Assembly: GCA_963801815.1 (NCBI GenBank)
Contig: CAWDGJ010000002.1
Location: 32,001-96,000 of the forward strand
Length of the DNA: 64,000 bases
Reading direction: 5' to 3'
From: an uncultured Verrucomicrobiae bacterium
Lineage (GTDB): Bacteria; Verrucomicrobiota; Verrucomicrobiia; Chthoniobacterales; UBA10450
Position numbers and translations under genes: made by a program. This document shows positions 41,086 to 51,398 of this stretch, in pieces (the first letter of the stretch is position 1; each line of letters begins with the position of its first letter). Under the pieces are notes generated by a model. That model worked only from the letters and a program-made list of their open reading frames with translations, ran no database searches and was not told the DNA's origin.

Positions 41086-43626
41086 ATGATACAGGATTTC
41101 AAGTTCGCGTTCCGGCAGCTTCTCAAATCACCAGGATTCACCAGCGTCGCCGTCCTCACGCTCGCTCTCGCCATTGGCATCAACTCCGCAATTTTTGCCC
41201 TCATCAACGGCGCGGTGCTGCGGCCGATGGTGCCGGTCCGGCCGCAGGAAGTGGTCAACGTTTTTAACTGCCGCCAGAACGCGAACCACGATTATCGCCA
41301 GTTTTCCTACAATGAATATCGCGAGCTGCGCGAAAACCCGGGAGACCTGTTTGTCGATCTTGCCGCGCTCGAGTTCGCAGTCGCGGGCATCGGACGGGAT
41401 CATGAGATGCGCCGCAGTTTCGCATTCATCACTTCGGAGAATTACTTTTCCTTGATGGGCGTGAGGCCATATCGCGGTCGCTTCTATAACGCCGAAGAAT
41501 CCAAACCGAACGCGAACATCGCGGTCGTCGTCGCGAGTTACGGATTTTGGAAACGCCAGGGCGGTCGCGCCGATTTCGTTGGCAGTACTTTGCAGATTAA
41601 CGGCCAGCCTTACAGCGTCATCGGCATTTCGCCGGAAGGATTTTGTGGCGCGAGCGCACTGATCGCTCCCGATGTCTGGGTCCCGCTCGGGATGCGCACC
41701 CAACTCGGCTCGGCTTTTGGCGATTCCGAAAACATGCACGACCTGAACAATCCGAAAAATTATTGTTTCAACCTCGTCGGCCGCATGCGCTCTGGCCTGA
41801 CGATTGAATCGACAAAGTCTCGATTGCCAGTTTTATCGCAACGATTCAACGCCATGCAGACCGACGCCGAATTTCAGCGCGAAGTGCAAATCCAAAAGCC
41901 GTCGCGCTTCAGTTTGAGCACATCGCCGGAAGACGACGGACCGGTGGCGTTGATCGGCACCTTGCTCATGGCGATGGCCGGCGCGGTCCTGCTCATCGCG
42001 TCCTTAAATCTGGCGAACATGTTGCTCGCGCGCGGAACATCGCGTGCGAAAGAGATTGCGCTTCGTCTCGCCCTCGGTGCCTCTCGTTGGCGAATCGTCA
42101 GGCAATTGCTGGCGGAAGGTTTGCTCCTCGCAATTTTCGGCGGTGTCGTCGGACTGATCCTGAGTGTGTGGTGCGACAATCTTCTACTTCACTCAATGGC
42201 GTCTTTGCTCAACAACGTAAACTTCTCGTTCATTGTCGATCTTACGCCGGACCTTTCAGTAATTGCGGTCACCTTCCTGTTTTGTTTGATCGCAACGCTG
42301 CTCTTCAGCCTTGGGCCAGCGTTGAAAGCGACCAAGGCCGATTTGGTCAACGATCTAAAACAACAGGTCGGCGAACCGGCAAGGATCGGACGCTTCTCTC
42401 GCTTCTTCGCCCCGCGTCACATTTCGGTCATGGCGCAAATCGCGCTCTCGCTCATGCTCCTTTTCGCAGCCGGATTATTTTTCCGGGGGGCAATGAAAGC
42501 AGCGGGATTGAATCCCGGATTCGTGGCGGCCGGCGATCTCGTCACGGAAATGGATTTCACTTTGGTGAAAAAAGAGCCGGTCGATGCGCGCCGTGAAATT
42601 TTCAACATCATCCAGCGTGCGCGCGAGCTTCCCGGCGTCAAAGCAGTCGGCGTCGGCACGATGTTGCCTTACGGAAATTTCACCAACAGCCGCCGGATCA
42701 TGTCGGCAAAATCGACATTGTCGAACGACCCGAAAGCACCCGATCCTGGCGCGACTGCGCTTTGGACTGCAACAACCCCCGGATATTTCGAATCGATCGG
42801 GGTAAAGATCTTGCGAGGCCGCGATTTCACTCAGGCGGAATGCGAGGACAAAGATGGTCGCCGCATTGGCATTATCGACGAGGAGATGGCGAAAAAGCTT
42901 TTTCCGAACGAAGACGCGATCGGTCAGCATGTGCGCTACACCGTTCCACCGAAGGACGGTACGCCGAACGATCTGGAAATCGTCGGGATCGTGAATACGC
43001 ATCGGCACGATGTGCAAAACGACACTCCCCTAACGCGACTGTTTGTGCCACTCGCGCAAGGTTACACCGGAGACGTTTTCCTGCACGTCCGTCTCAACAC
43101 TCAAGATCGACAATCGGTCGCCGGCATGACTTCGAGCGTGCGGTCGATGTTGCGCGGAATCGATCCCGATCTTCCCATCATCAACATGTCGCCCTACGTC
43201 GATCTGATGGATCGTTGCGTCGGTCTTTGGGTGGTTAGGCTCGGCGCAACTTTGTTCGGCGCGTTTGGTTGCATTGCGTTATTGCTTGCCGTCGTCGGCG
43301 TTTACGGCGTCAAAGCGTACGCGGTCGCATGTCGCACTCGCGAAATTGGAATTCGGATGGCACTGGGAGCGCATCGCAAAGATGTTTTCGCATTGATCAT
43401 GCGCCAGGGCGCTTTGCAAACTGCGCTCGCGGTTGCGGTCGGACTTTTGTTGTCGCTCGCCGCCGGCCGCGTGCTTTCGCAAATCCTTTATGGCGTTAGC
43501 CCAAGCGATCCGTTCGCGTTAATCACATCGAGCCTGATGCTCGCTGCTGCCGCCCTCCTCGCTTGCTTCCTCCCCGCCCGACGCGCAACCTACGTCAATC
43601 CAATCACCGCGCTGCGAACCGAGTAG
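41086..43626 (+). CDS. ADOP-type duplicated ABC permease (MacB/FtsX family)
   Basis: MIQDFKFAFRQLLKSPGFT, LALAIGINSAIF, two REIxxRxALGA-type motifs, ends PITALRTE. No ATPase gene adjacent. Confidence 0.92.
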   Translation: MIQDFKFAFRQLLKSPGFTSVAVLTLALAIGINSAIFALINGAVLRPMVPVRPQEVVNVFNCRQNANHDYRQFSYNEYRELRENPGDLFVDLAALEFAVAGIGRDHEMRRSFAFITSENYFSLMGVRPYRGRFYNAEESKPNANIAVVVASYGFWKRQGGRADFVGSTLQINGQPYSVIGISPEGFCGASALIAPDVWVPLGMRTQLGSAFGDSENMHDLNNPKNYCFNLVGRMRSGLTIESTKSRLPVLSQRFNAMQTDAEFQREVQIQKPSRFSLSTSPEDDGPVALIGTLLMAMAGAVLLIASLNLANMLLARGTSRAKEIALRLALGASRWRIVRQLLAEGLLLAIFGGVVGLILSVWCDNLLLHSMASLLNNVNFSFIVDLTPDLSVIAVTFLFCLIATLLFSLGPALKATKADLVNDLKQQVGEPARIGRFSRFFAPRHISVMAQIALSLMLLFAAGLFFRGAMKAAGLNPGFVAAGDLVTEMDFTLVKKEPVDARREIFNIIQRARELPGVKAVGVGTMLPYGNFTNSRRIMSAKSTLSNDPKAPDPGATALWTATTPGYFESIGVKILRGRDFTQAECEDKDGRRIGIIDEEMAKKLFPNEDAIGQHVRYTVPPKDGTPNDLEIVGIVNTHRHDVQNDTPLTRLFVPLAQGYTGDVFLHVRLNTQDRQSVAGMTSSVRSMLRGIDPDLPIINMSPYVDLMDRCVGLWVVRLGATLFGAFGCIALLLAVVGVYGVKAYAVACRTREIGIRMALGAHRKDVFALIMRQGALQTALAVAVGLLLSLAAGRVLSQILYGVSPSDPFALITSSLMLAAAALLACFLPARRATYVNPITALRTE

Positions 43627-43673
43627 TGATATCGCCGGCAACGATTTCGGCCGCTTCGCGCATTGACGTGCAG

Positions 43674-46133
43674 CTAGTAAGAAACTGCAGTCGTCTCTGT
43701 TTCACAGACTGGCACAACTAAAACAAGGACGAAATAGGTCAGCGCAGTGATCAGCAAGACCTGCGAAACAAACAAGAAGTCCGACATCCCCAACTCGTAG
43801 AACTTTTGCTCTGTCCCAAGCGGACCAATGGAGATTTGGACGAGCAACGCAGCCAATTTCAAGTTGCCAAAAATCAAAGCCGCAATCGCTCCCTGCCTTG
43901 CATTAACCAACCCGCGAAGTCCGACAAAGACCAATACAACCACCACCAGCGGCAATGCGTATTTCAGCCAGGTCAGCGGAAAACAGACAGCCATCTCCGT
44001 TAACCCTGACACTTTTTCAGGAAGATATCTCAGCGCGAAAGAGAAATCGATTTCTTGAATGAAAAAACCCTGAAACAAGGTCCAGAAGGTCATGACCAGC
44101 GTGGCCGCGAACAGCAGTCCGGTGCGCTCTTCCGCCAAGTCCGATCCATCTTTCACCGGCCCACAGTTGTGGACAACTGTAATCCACGAAGCAAAGAACA
44201 CTGGCACGATTGAAACCACGGCCAAGATGACGAATGGAAGCTGGGCGAACCAACAACAGTAGAGCGGCAGAAACACCGCTGTCCCAGTCAGAAGGATTCG
44301 CGCATCTCGGCGACGAACGATCCAAATTAAATATGACGCGCAGGAAAGGTACAAAATTACGCTCAGCGTCAGGCCCGTTGCGGAGTGCCGGTTTAACCAA
44401 TCAATAACGACATTGTGCATCCGGCCAATATCGGGTCGTTGACCGCGAAGCAATTTCGCCGCGAGCAGCAACACACAAAATGAAATCCACGCTCTGGCGG
44501 TCAGACGAATCTCTCGAAAACGGCGAGTCACAATCACGCCCAGCAAAATCACCACGCCGCCGAGCAACCACGCTTTCAGGATATTGGGAGCGAGTTGTGT
44601 TTTAAAACCACCGCTTGGCAACACGAACATTGGAATAGCACAGAACGCCGCCGGCCAGCCCTGCAGACCACGTTCGAACAGCAAAACAATCACGGCTCCG
44701 ATTGCGATCAGAGCAATGACAGGATGATGTAAGAATATTCGCTGCGCACGTTCTTGATCGAACGCAGTCCAAGCTGCGCCACCGAGCAGCAGAAGAAGGA
44801 AGCAAAGGCGTCGGAGCTCGCCTGCTTTGATTGCCCAAAAAAGCAAAGAAACTCCAATGAGAAATGCGAGTGCCACCCCCAAAGTCGGGGTCGCATAAAG
44901 CCACAGTGCGATCGCCAGAATCGCCATTGCAACGAGTGGCCACATGGAAGATTTCGGAAAGTTGTTGATCCGAAATGCCACCGTGATCCAGGCGAGAAAA
45001 AGGACAAGCAATGGTAATGCACGTTGAAAAGAAGCCACTGCAGCCGAACGGCTCTGCGCTCGCTTTTCTGTAATCGCGCTCGGAAGATTATCCGGACTAA
45101 CCCTGAGCACGTCCGCTTGAACGTTTCGAAATGCATCCAATCGTCGCTGAATTTCCGCCGTAGCCACCGTAGAATCGACCGGAGTTTCTATTCCAAAATA
45201 GCGACCTTCGTAATTGATTGGCAACGGCAGGTTAAAAGGGAAAGCCATGAAAAAAAGCATGTCGACCTGTCGCAACTGGTCGAGCGAGCCGAGCGCTGCG
45301 AACAACTGCGGATAAGTTCCGCCCGCGAACATTGCCACCGACCATGACGTGTGATTGCCGCGTTCGTTGTGACCGTGGTCTCCCGTCACGATGAGATGAT
45401 CACTATTCAAATCGAGGTTCCCGATCAGCTCCGATAATTTCGAGTCCACTGCACGAAAATGCCGCTCGTACTCGGGGTGGCCGGGATGCCAACGGTGGGC
45501 CACGGCATCCGTCCCGCCCACATGCAGAATGATTAGCCGCACGCTTTTGTCTGACAAAATTTCGATCGTTTTGCCGATTGCGACCAGATCGCAATCGAGT
45601 TCCGTCTTTGCGAGCTCGGGACGATTTACCGTAATCGCTCCGTACTGACCATACAGTCCGAGGATAATGAAGTCGGCGATCATCGCCGGTTTCAAACCGG
45701 CGCGCGCCGCGGCCGCCGGCAAACTGTTATTCTCGGAGCCCCGTTGACCGGTAAAATCGTGAATTCCACTGGCGTAAGGACTCTCCCGTCCTTCGAGAAG
45801 TGTTTGAATACAGGGCAAGCTCATGTTGCCGCCGGCAGTGTGGACATCGAGGAAAGTTGAACCCTGCTGCTGCGCGAGTGCCTTCAGATTCGGCATCAAT
45901 TCATCCACGTCCTGGCGCCGCAAACTGTCTACAATGACCAAAACCAGGCGATCATCGCCGGGACTTTCCAGGGATTTCTTTTGCGGTGTAGTGGTGGGGT
46001 TTGAAATTGGGCTTAAGCTCGCGCCGTAGATAAACAGCATGCTGAGACCGAGCGGTAACAGCATCACTAAAGTTAGAACAACGGCGCGCCGCCGCTCGCC
46101 AGAGAGCACGGGTTGAGAATTCCACCAACCCAA
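43674..46133 (-). CDS. Alkaline-phosphatase-superfamily polytopic membrane protein, PIG-O/PIG-G-like phosphoethanolamine transferase
   Basis: N-terminal TM, LVIVDSLR, MSLP, LHVGGTDAVAH, GDHG...GNH, then many TM helices. Confidence 0.7.
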   Translation of the reverse strand: MGWWNSQPVLSGERRRAVVLTLVMLLPLGLSMLFIYGASLSPISNPTTTPQKKSLESPGDDRLVLVIVDSLRRQDVDELMPNLKALAQQQGSTFLDVHTAGGNMSLPCIQTLLEGRESPYASGIHDFTGQRGSENNSLPAAAARAGLKPAMIADFIILGLYGQYGAITVNRPELAKTELDCDLVAIGKTIEILSDKSVRLIILHVGGTDAVAHRWHPGHPEYERHFRAVDSKLSELIGNLDLNSDHLIVTGDHGHNERGNHTSWSVAMFAGGTYPQLFAALGSLDQLRQVDMLFFMAFPFNLPLPINYEGRYFGIETPVDSTVATAEIQRRLDAFRNVQADVLRVSPDNLPSAITEKRAQSRSAAVASFQRALPLLVLFLAWITVAFRINNFPKSSMWPLVAMAILAIALWLYATPTLGVALAFLIGVSLLFWAIKAGELRRLCFLLLLLGGAAWTAFDQERAQRIFLHHPVIALIAIGAVIVLLFERGLQGWPAAFCAIPMFVLPSGGFKTQLAPNILKAWLLGGVVILLGVIVTRRFREIRLTARAWISFCVLLLAAKLLRGQRPDIGRMHNVVIDWLNRHSATGLTLSVILYLSCASYLIWIVRRRDARILLTGTAVFLPLYCCWFAQLPFVILAVVSIVPVFFASWITVVHNCGPVKDGSDLAEERTGLLFAATLVMTFWTLFQGFFIQEIDFSFALRYLPEKVSGLTEMAVCFPLTWLKYALPLVVVVLVFVGLRGLVNARQGAIAALIFGNLKLAALLVQISIGPLGTEQKFYELGMSDFLFVSQVLLITALTYFVLVLVVPVCETETTAVSY

Positions 46134-46161
46134 TTTTCCTGCAAGGTATCCTTCTGGGGCC

Positions 46162-46234
46162 TGGCTGGGGCCGGAATCGAACCGGCGACACGTGGATTTT
46201 CAGTCCACTGCTCTGCCAACTGAGCTACCCAGCC
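46162..46234 (-). tRNA. tRNA-Phe(GAA), CCA not encoded
   Basis: Minus strand GGCTGGGTAGCTCAG...GTGGA-CTGAAAA-TCCAC...GGTTCGATTCC...CCCAGCCA. Confidence 0.96.
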
Positions 46235-46491
46235 GCGAGGTGGTCACTAAAGCAGAAAAGATCGCCCACTCAACCGGCATCAACTTCTTGGAGCACGCCG
46301 TTCTGTCGCCGCCTTTCATTTGGGACATGACACCCCTCAGTCAGGCGAGCTTTTGAAGCAGCTTGAATGTCGTGACCGGATAGCCTCGAACGGATCCGCA
46401 CACGAGTCAGAAAATGGCAACTTAAGTTACCTTGACCTTGGACGGACGTTTCCAACCGTTAAGGAACACTAATTAAGAACAGAAAAACAAT

Positions 46492-47340
46492 ATGAGCACA
46501 ATTACTACGAAAGATGGCAGGCAAATCTATTATAAAGACTGGGGCAAAGGCCCGGTCGTGACATTCTCGCACGGCTGGCCTTTAAACTCCGACGCTTGGG
46601 ACGGCCAAATGCTGTTCCTGGCCCAACGCGGTTTCCGGGTTGTCGCACATGACCGTCGCGGCCACGGACGATCGACTCAAACATCAATCGGAAATGACAT
46701 GAATGGCTATGCCGAAGACCTCGCAGCCGTCATCGAAAAACTCGATCTCAACGAGATTACGCTGGTTGGTCACTCGACCGGCGGTGGAGAAGTCGCCCGT
46801 TACATCGGACGCTACGGGACGAAGCGAGTCGCGAAAGCGGTCCTGATTTCCGCAGTCCCGCCACTGCTGATAAAGACTGCCGCCAATCCCGACGGTCTTC
46901 CGATTGCGGTATTCGACAAACTCCGAGCCGAACTCTTTAAGGATCCTTCGCAATTCTACAAAGATTTCGCCGTTCCGTTCTACGGCGCGAATCGGCTCGG
47001 TGCCAAAGTCTCGCACGGAATGATCGATCAGTTCTGGATGTGGAGCATGCAGGCCGGCCTGCTGAACTCCTACGAAAGCATTAAGGCGTTCTCGGAAACG
47101 GATCAGACTGAGGATTTGAAAAAATTCGACGTGCCAACGCTCGTTATGCACGGGGAAGACGATCAGATCGTCCCCATCAAAGATTCGGCGAAGAGAGCGG
47201 CCAAGCTGATCAAAGGGTCACAGGAACTCTACTACCCGGGGGCTCCACACGGCCTAACCGCAACCCATGCCGATTGGGTGAATTCGCACTTGCTGGAATT
47301 TTTGCAGCAAGATCAGCCGATGGCCAGAAAGGCTGCGTGA
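46492..47340 (+). CDS. cpo: Non-heme chloroperoxidase (alpha/beta hydrolase)
   Basis: [44 protein letters not shown]. Confidence 0.9.
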   Translation: MSTITTKDGRQIYYKDWGKGPVVTFSHGWPLNSDAWDGQMLFLAQRGFRVVAHDRRGHGRSTQTSIGNDMNGYAEDLAAVIEKLDLNEITLVGHSTGGGEVARYIGRYGTKRVAKAVLISAVPPLLIKTAANPDGLPIAVFDKLRAELFKDPSQFYKDFAVPFYGANRLGAKVSHGMIDQFWMWSMQAGLLNSYESIKAFSETDQTEDLKKFDVPTLVMHGEDDQIVPIKDSAKRAAKLIKGSQELYYPGAPHGLTATHADWVNSHLLEFLQQDQPMARKAA

Positions 47341-47364
47341 ACTTAAAGCGGAAAAGAAGAGCAT

Positions 47365-48138
47365 ATGAATAAGAAAATGAAAATCGTGGTCATCGGAGGC
47401 ACTGGCCTCATCGGAACAAAGCTCGTGAACAATCTTCGTCAGCGCGGACACGAGGTGTTGGCAGCGTCACCCAAATCGGGCGTCAACACCTTTACCGGTG
47501 AGGGACTGGCCGGAGCGCTTCAAGGCGCTCAGGTCGTTGTCGACGTCGCGAATGCGCCGTCGTGGGAGGACAACGCGGTAATGGAATTCTTCAAGACGGC
47601 GGGGCGTAATTTGCTTGCTGCGGAGGCTGCCGCCAGCGTACGGCACCACGTAGCGTTGTCAATTGTAGGCGCTGACCGGCTTCCCGCGAGCGGATATTTG
47701 CGCGCGAAGGTGGCTCAGGAAGACCTCATCAAAACTTCAGGGATTCCATTCACTATCGTCCGCTCGACCCAGTTCTTTGAGTTCGCGAAGGGCATTATCC
47801 AGTCGGCCAGCGAAGGGCAAATGATTCGGCTATCACCAGCTCTCATGCAGCCCATCGCGGCAGATGACGTCGCCGCTGCCCTGACTGGCGTCGCAGTCGC
47901 CGAGCCATTAAACGGCACAATCGAGATCGCAGGCCCCGAACCGATCCGAATGGATGAGCTCGCCCGTCGTTTCTTGAGCGCTACGCGAGATCCGCGCAAG
48001 GTAACCACGGACGTTCACGCCCTCTACTTCGGCACAGAGATCAATGATCAAAGCCTTACCCCCGGCGGTAACGCGCGCCTCGGCCCGATGCATTTCGAAG
48101 AGTGGCTCAGCCGCTCGTCGGCGCGAAAGGCAGCTTGA
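47365..48138 (+). CDS. SDR/NmrA-like NAD(P)-binding oxidoreductase
   Basis: IGGTGLIG, HHVALSIVG, GYLRAKVAQE, RSTQFFEF. Confidence 0.88.
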   Translation: MNKKMKIVVIGGTGLIGTKLVNNLRQRGHEVLAASPKSGVNTFTGEGLAGALQGAQVVVDVANAPSWEDNAVMEFFKTAGRNLLAAEAAASVRHHVALSIVGADRLPASGYLRAKVAQEDLIKTSGIPFTIVRSTQFFEFAKGIIQSASEGQMIRLSPALMQPIAADDVAAALTGVAVAEPLNGTIEIAGPEPIRMDELARRFLSATRDPRKVTTDVHALYFGTEINDQSLTPGGNARLGPMHFEEWLSRSSARKAA

Positions 48139-48270
48139 ACTTGGGACGCGGCGGCAGATCGTATGATACTCAGCGGTCTGCCGCGCATCCTGCAAAGCAC
48201 CTCAGATAAACCTTCCCCGGAGCATCACAAGAACAACCAGGCCACATACTGGAGAGCACATCACAGTGAA

Positions 48271-48726
48271 ATGAAACAAAGCCGAACTTCAAAACCAGTC
48301 GCGCTGCCGCGCTTGACCTACTTGCTTATTGTTTGCGCATTCATCGTCGGTGCTATGTGCGTGGGCTCAGGGAAAGCCGCTGACAAAAATGCCAAGGTTA
48401 CACTCGTCTACGAGCACGCCCTGCCGAATGTGCCGGGCAAAAGCATCAAAGGTGTGCTGGTAGAATATGATCCCGGCGGTTCGTCGCCGGCCCACACGCA
48501 TCCCAAATCAGCTTTCATCTACGCGACCGTTCTCGAGGGAGCCATTCGCAGTTCGGTCAATGACGGGCCGATCGTTACGTATCGCACCGGGCAGAGCTTT
48601 TCCGAAATGCCCGGTGACCGGCACAGCGTAAGTGAGAACGCGAGCAAGACCGAACCCGCGAAGCTGCTAGCCGTGTTCGTGGTCGATACGGACGAGAAGG
48701 AACTGACGACGACCGACGAAAAATGA
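48271..48726 (+). CDS. Exported cupin domain protein
   Basis: Hydrophobic N-terminus, PAHTHP...VLEG...PGDRH. Start uncertain (48163 is possible). Confidence 0.85.
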   Translation: MKQSRTSKPVALPRLTYLLIVCAFIVGAMCVGSGKAADKNAKVTLVYEHALPNVPGKSIKGVLVEYDPGGSSPAHTHPKSAFIYATVLEGAIRSSVNDGPIVTYRTGQSFSEMPGDRHSVSENASKTEPAKLLAVFVVDTDEKELTTTDEK

Positions 48727-48800
48727 AACGATACCGGAGTTTCTGGAGTGTGCCGCCCTGTGCCCCACTATTTTGAGGCACTGCGTGCAGGTCCTCGACT

Positions 48801-49367
48801 TCAGAATTTTCGGGGCAACTCCACCGCATGACCCAGCAACTTCAAATACTGGCTACGCGGAATCTCGACGGCGCCAAACTGTTGTAGATGCGGCGTGGTC
48901 CATTGAGTGTCGAGTAACGCAAACCTGCGCGCGCGAAGGTGCTCTACTAATCCAACGAGGGCGATCTTGGATGCATCGCGGAGCCGATGAAACATCGATT
49001 CGCCAAAGAACGCGCCGCCGACTGCGACCCCGTATAAGCCACCGGCGAGTTTGTTCTTGCTCCAGGCTTCGACTGAGTGCGCGTAACCGAGCTCGTGCAA
49101 TTCCTCATAGCTTTCGATAATCTCCGGATTGATCCACGTGTCTTTGCGCTTTGCGCAGCCGCGAATGACTTCGCTGAACGAATGGTCGATCCTGACTTCG
49201 AAAATATTTTTGCGGGCCGTCCGCTGGAGCGCGTGAGGAACATGAAACGTTTCCAGTGGAATAATCGCGCGCGGATCCGGCGAAAACCACGCGATCGAAT
49301 CGTCCTCCATCGCCATCGGGAAAACACCGAGCCGATAGCCTTGCAGCAAAAGCTCGGAGTCGATCAT
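48801..49367 (-). CDS. aat: Leucyl/phenylalanyl-tRNA-protein transferase
   Basis: YRLGVFPM, WFSPDPR, TWI, AHSVE, GGLYGV, FFGESMF. Confidence 0.95.
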   Translation of the reverse strand: MIDSELLLQGYRLGVFPMAMEDDSIAWFSPDPRAIIPLETFHVPHALQRTARKNIFEVRIDHSFSEVIRGCAKRKDTWINPEIIESYEELHELGYAHSVEAWSKNKLAGGLYGVAVGGAFFGESMFHRLRDASKIALVGLVEHLRARRFALLDTQWTTPHLQQFGAVEIPRSQYLKLLGHAVELPRKF

Positions 49368-49395
49368 GAACGAAAACGTATCCAATTCCTTTAGA

Positions 49396-49525
49396 GTTGT
49401 AGAGGCGCTTGTGCCAAGCGCCTGTTAATTTAGTTCGGTGCTTGAGAACAATCATGCCGCTCTGCGGCAAACTACAAGAGGGTTCATTATAGATGCACTA
49501 GCGGGAGCGTAAGCACCGCTACAAC
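49396..49525. repeat. GTAG-type REP cluster
   Basis: GTTGTAG-AGGCGCTTG-tgc-CAAGCGCCT plus two oppositely oriented copies ending CTACAA. Confidence 0.7.
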
Positions 49526-49565
49526 GCTCATTTGCTTTTCCAGGCTTCGTTTCTAAAATGAGCGG

Positions 49566-49763
49566 ATGAAGCCCTGGCCGATCCTGATGGCGATCGCATG
49601 TCTTGCGCTGGCCGGCTGCGCAGATCCGATGGAAAAACGAACCGGCGACGAGGTTTCATCTCAGCTTCAACGCGGCGTAAGTGGCCAGGGCCAGATCGGT
49701 CCCGAACAACGCGAGCCCGGCGATCCGGCCGGCGCAAATAGCGTCCCGCAAACGCATCCATGA
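49566..49763 (+). CDS. Small lipoprotein
   Basis: Lipobox LAGC; ATGA overlap with guaA. Confidence 0.75.
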   Translation: MKPWPILMAIACLALAGCADPMEKRTGDEVSSQLQRGVSGQGQIGPEQREPGDPAGANSVPQTHP

Positions 49764-51352
49764 AAATCGCGGCGCCCCCGAAACACTCCAAAATCCTTAT
49801 CCTCGATTTCGGGTCTCAATACACTCAGGTGATCGCGCGCCGCATTCGCGAGCTGCAAGTGTTTTCCGAAGTGGTCCGATTCGATATTTCCGCGGCGGAG
49901 ATCAATAAACTCAGTCCGAACGGAATCATTCTCTCGGGCGGACCGGCCAGTGTTTACGACAAAGGCGCGCCCCAAATCGACAAGGAGGTTTTTTCATTAG
50001 GCATTCCAATGCTCGGAATTTGTTACGGCCTGATGCAAATGGCACATCATCTCGGCGGCGAAGTCGTGTTCACCGGGCGACGCGAATATGGCGCGGGAAT
50101 GCTCCACATTACCAACGGCTCGCAGCTGTTCGATGGGCTCGGAAACCAGCTGGATGTTTGGAACAGCCACGGCGACGAGGTCACTGCGTTGCCGAAAGGA
50201 TTCCTCACCGCCGGGCGGACCGACAGCTCGAACTTTGCCGCTGTCGAAGACCGGCAACGCAAACTTTACGGATTGCAATTTCATCCGGAAGTCGCGCACA
50301 CGCCGCGGGGCAAGGAGATCCTGCAAAATTTCGCGTATCACATCTGCCACTGCGCGATGGACTGGACGATGGGCTCGTTTATCGAAGAAGCCTGCGCCCG
50401 CATTCGCGAGCAGGTCGGCGAGGAAAAAGTTGTCCTTGGATTGAGCGGTGGCGTCGATTCATCGGTAACGGCGGCGCTCTTGCATAAGGCGATTGGCGAT
50501 CAGCTTACCTGCATCTTTGTTAATAACGGTCTCTTGCGCGCGCGCGAGGAGGAAGTTGTCCAGCGTGTCTTCGGCGAAAATTTTCATATCCGGCTCAAAT
50601 ATGTCGACGCTTCGAAGCGTTTTCTGGAAAAACTGCGTGGCGTTGCCGATCCCGAGCAAAAGCGAAAGATTATCGGAAACGAATTTATCCGCGTCTTTGA
50701 AGACGCAATTGTCGAGCTCGCCAGACAAGATCCAAAGTCCAAAACCCAAAATCCAAGATTTAAGTTTCTCGCGCAGGGAACGCTTTACCCGGACGTAATC
50801 GAGAGCGTGTCGATTGACGGAAATCCGGCAGCAGTCATTAAGACACACCACAACGTCGGCGGATTACCGGAAAAAATGCACTTCGAATTAGTCGAACCGG
50901 TCCGTCAATTATTTAAGGACGAAGTACGCCAGGTTGGACTGCAGCTCGGTTTGCCAAAGGAAGTAGTCTACCGGCAACCGTTTCCAGGTCCCGGACTTGC
51001 CGTTCGAATTCTCGGCGAAGTCACGCCCGAGCGATTGTCGGTCTTGCGCGAAGCGGACACGATCGTGCAAAGCGAGATGGAAGCAGCCGATTGGTATTAC
51101 AAAGTCTGGCAATCGTTTGCCGTGCTTTTGCCCGTGCGATCAGTCGGAGTTATGGGCGACCAACGCACTTACGAAAACACCGTGGCGTTGCGTATCGTCG
51201 AAAGTCAGGATGGAATGACCGCGGACTGGGTGCGCGTGCCTTACGAGTTACTGGCGCGGATATCGTCGCGCGTCAGCAACGAAGTCAAAGGCGTCAACCG
51301 CGTTGTGTTCGACATCTCGAGCAAACCGCCAAGCACCATCGAGTGGGAATAG
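49760..51352 (+). CDS. guaA: GMP synthase (glutamine-hydrolysing)
   Basis: [46 protein letters not shown]. Confidence 0.98.
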   Translation: MKIAAPPKHSKILILDFGSQYTQVIARRIRELQVFSEVVRFDISAAEINKLSPNGIILSGGPASVYDKGAPQIDKEVFSLGIPMLGICYGLMQMAHHLGGEVVFTGRREYGAGMLHITNGSQLFDGLGNQLDVWNSHGDEVTALPKGFLTAGRTDSSNFAAVEDRQRKLYGLQFHPEVAHTPRGKEILQNFAYHICHCAMDWTMGSFIEEACARIREQVGEEKVVLGLSGGVDSSVTAALLHKAIGDQLTCIFVNNGLLRAREEEVVQRVFGENFHIRLKYVDASKRFLEKLRGVADPEQKRKIIGNEFIRVFEDAIVELARQDPKSKTQNPRFKFLAQGTLYPDVIESVSIDGNPAAVIKTHHNVGGLPEKMHFELVEPVRQLFKDEVRQVGLQLGLPKEVVYRQPFPGPGLAVRILGEVTPERLSVLREADTIVQSEMEAADWYYKVWQSFAVLLPVRSVGVMGDQRTYENTVALRIVESQDGMTADWVRVPYELLARISSRVSNEVKGVNRVVFDISSKPPSTIEWE

Positions 51353-51362
51353 GCCGCAACCA

Positions 51363-51397
51363 GAAGTCAGAGGTCACAGCTCACAGGTGAGATGTCG
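51363..51397 (+). repeat. Degenerate tandem heptamers (AGAnGTC-like) after guaA
   Basis: cagaagtcagaggtcacagctcacaggtgagatgtc shows 7-nt periodicity. Confidence 0.5.
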
Positions 51398-51398
51398 A

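Noticed and set aside
43627..46234. att-bounded island at tRNA-Phe
   Set aside because: No repeat of the tRNA 3' end and no integrase seen by eye.
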